Of a DNA stretch of 53,311 nucleotides, positions 51,944-53,311 are shown piece after piece. Source of the stretch: an uncultured Deinococcales bacterium (lineage in GTDB: Bacteria; Deinococcota; Deinococci; Deinococcales; JAAFIG01). Every line of letters starts with the position of its first letter. The first letter of the stretch is position 1. The stretch lies in assembly GCA_964244895.1 (NCBI GenBank), contig CAXTKV010000007.1, positions 1 to 53,311 of the forward strand, written 5' to 3'. A model generated the notes under the pieces. It made no database searches. It was given only the letters and a program-made list of their open reading frames with translations, and was not told the origin of the DNA. The position numbers and the translations under genes are program-made.

Positions 51944-51991
51944 GAACACCGTCCCGCACGCATTTAAGAAACCGCGTTCCAGACGGTATTC
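51944..51991. repeat. Dispersed palindrome family A copy
   Basis: GAACACCGTCCCGCACGC...GCGTTCCAGACGGTATTC. Confidence 0.85.
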
Positions 51992-52051
51992 TGGAGCTTC
52001 GCGCAGTTGCGCTGCGGCGGGTAAAGAACCCACCGATTTGTGCATTGGCGC

Positions 52052-52107
52052 TTGACAAAACCGAAGATCGGGACATAACCTGCAAACGTTTAGATAAACG
52101 TTTGCAG
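52052..52107 (+). promoter_or_regulatory. Sigma70-type promoter with overlapping LacI-type operator palindrome
   Basis: TTGACA (52052), 18 nt, TAACCT; CTGCAAACGTTTA-GA-TAAACGTTTGCAG (52080-52107). Confidence 0.75.
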
Positions 52108-52158
52108 AACCGCATCCGTCCCGACGGATGCCTTCGACTCGCACCGAGAGGCGTCGGC

Positions 52159-53190
52159 ATGACCGCACTTCGCAGGCCAACCATCAAGGATGTCGCCAAG
52201 GCCGCCGGGGTCACGTACCCGACCGTCTCGAGGGTGCTCTCCGGCAAGCCTTACGTCGCGACCGACACGCGCGAACGCGTCATGCGGGCCATCGAGAACC
52301 TCGGCTACAGGCCGTCCGCAGCGGCGCGAAGCATGGTGCTGAACCGCACGCAGACGCTCGCCATGCTGGTGCCGCACCTGGCCGACCCGAACTTCGGCAT
52401 GTTCTTCATCGGTGCGGAACGCGAGGCCAGAAACCACGGTTACAGCGTGTTGGTGGCGGATCACGAATCCATCACCGGGAGCGACCACCTGCTGAACGAA
52501 CACCGCGTGGACGGATTGCTGATTCTCGAGTCGTACCGTTTCGGACCCGAACTCGAGGGGCTGGGCGTGCCGATCGTTCACCTGGACGACGCCCCGATGG
52601 ATCAACTCGGCGGGGGCCGGATCGTCGGACGGCACCTCAAAGAACTGGGGCACGAGAACATCGTGCTGATCGGTGGCCCCGCCGATGCGCCGCACGCCAG
52701 CCTGCGCTACGACGGTCTGCTCGAGATCCATCCGCGCGCGAAATGGATTCCGGGCGATTGGACGGCGGAATCCGGGTACGCGCTCCTCGATCGCGCGCTC
52801 GAGCGAGGCGTCACGGCCATTTTTGCGGCCAACGATTTCGTAGCGCTCGGCGCGATGCGCGCCCTGCGAGAACGCGACCTGGACGTGCCGCTCGATATCA
52901 GCGTGGTCGGCTTCGACGACTCGCCGCTCGCGCGGCACTTTTACCCGTCCTTGACGACCGTGCGCCAACCCATCGAGGTGCAGGGCGCGCACGCCGCCGC
53001 GATCCTGATCGCCAGGCTCTCCGGCCAGAACGCCCCGAGCGCCCCGCCGCACCCTCTGGAACTGATCGTGCGCGACTCGAGCGGCACGGCCCGCACGGGC
53101 GCGACCTCGAGCCGTAAAACCTTCACCAGTGCTTCACCAATCCACGCGAAGGACTCGACAGGTCCACCGAAAAAACGGCATACTGACTGA
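52159..53190 (+). CDS. LacI family transcriptional regulator
   Basis: PTIKDVAKAAGV...TVSRVL, LGYRPS, AIFAAND, DISVVGFDD, LTTVRQP. Confidence 0.95.
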   Translation: MTALRRPTIKDVAKAAGVTYPTVSRVLSGKPYVATDTRERVMRAIENLGYRPSAAARSMVLNRTQTLAMLVPHLADPNFGMFFIGAEREARNHGYSVLVADHESITGSDHLLNEHRVDGLLILESYRFGPELEGLGVPIVHLDDAPMDQLGGGRIVGRHLKELGHENIVLIGGPADAPHASLRYDGLLEIHPRAKWIPGDWTAESGYALLDRALERGVTAIFAANDFVALGAMRALRERDLDVPLDISVVGFDDSPLARHFYPSLTTVRQPIEVQGAHAAAILIARLSGQNAPSAPPHPLELIVRDSSGTARTGATSSRKTFTSASPIHAKDSTGPPKKRHTD

Positions 53191-53284
53191 CACGCAAATC
53201 ATTTTTAGAGGAGGTTCGCCTGGTCGATCTCGACGTTGTTTGATGCTGTCTCGCCTTAAATCCGTTTCACCTAAAGAGGTCTAC

Positions 53285-53311
53285 ATGAAACTGAAACCGC
53301 AAATGATGTTG
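53285..53311 (+). CDS. Start of an ORF running off the window (MKLKPQMML...)
   Basis: AGAGGT RBS then ATG 53285; signal-peptide-like start. Confidence 0.5.

Noticed and set aside
51622..51945. Short ORFs between two repeat copies (ATG 51645 after GAGGAGG)
   Set aside because: No recognisable domain in any frame; may be a gene remnant but cannot be supported

Overview
GC-rich bacterial chromosomal window, most consistent with Deinococcota (inferred from BamA/OmpH/Lpt-like envelope genes, DUF11 surface proteins and many leaderless TANNNT-N6-8-start promoters). It carries about 40 CDS, mostly housekeeping (tdk, BamA, PNP, yggS, divIVA, PPK2, ffh, queG, HtrA, serS, gatC, oligoendopeptidase F, trmFO, Lpt-like genes, MMPL, LacI). 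Strongest candidate for an undescribed system: a three-gene secreted DUF11 operon (11569-18887). In its main subunit the C-terminal domain lacks its last Asn-bearing strand, and that segment sits instead at the mature N-terminus. This predicts head-to-tail donor-strand assembly with intermolecular Lys-Asn isopeptide bonds, i.e. a self-crosslinking pilus. Other observations: a dense palindromic repeat family (about 27 copies, one in-frame inside a gene), a marked excess of CTCGAG, a Ser-codon leader peptide upstream of serS, a dockerin/pseudo-metalloprotease operon and a 39-aa small ORF. No rRNA, tRNA, CRISPR array, transposase or phage gene was recognised. All calls are by eye; no database searches were run.
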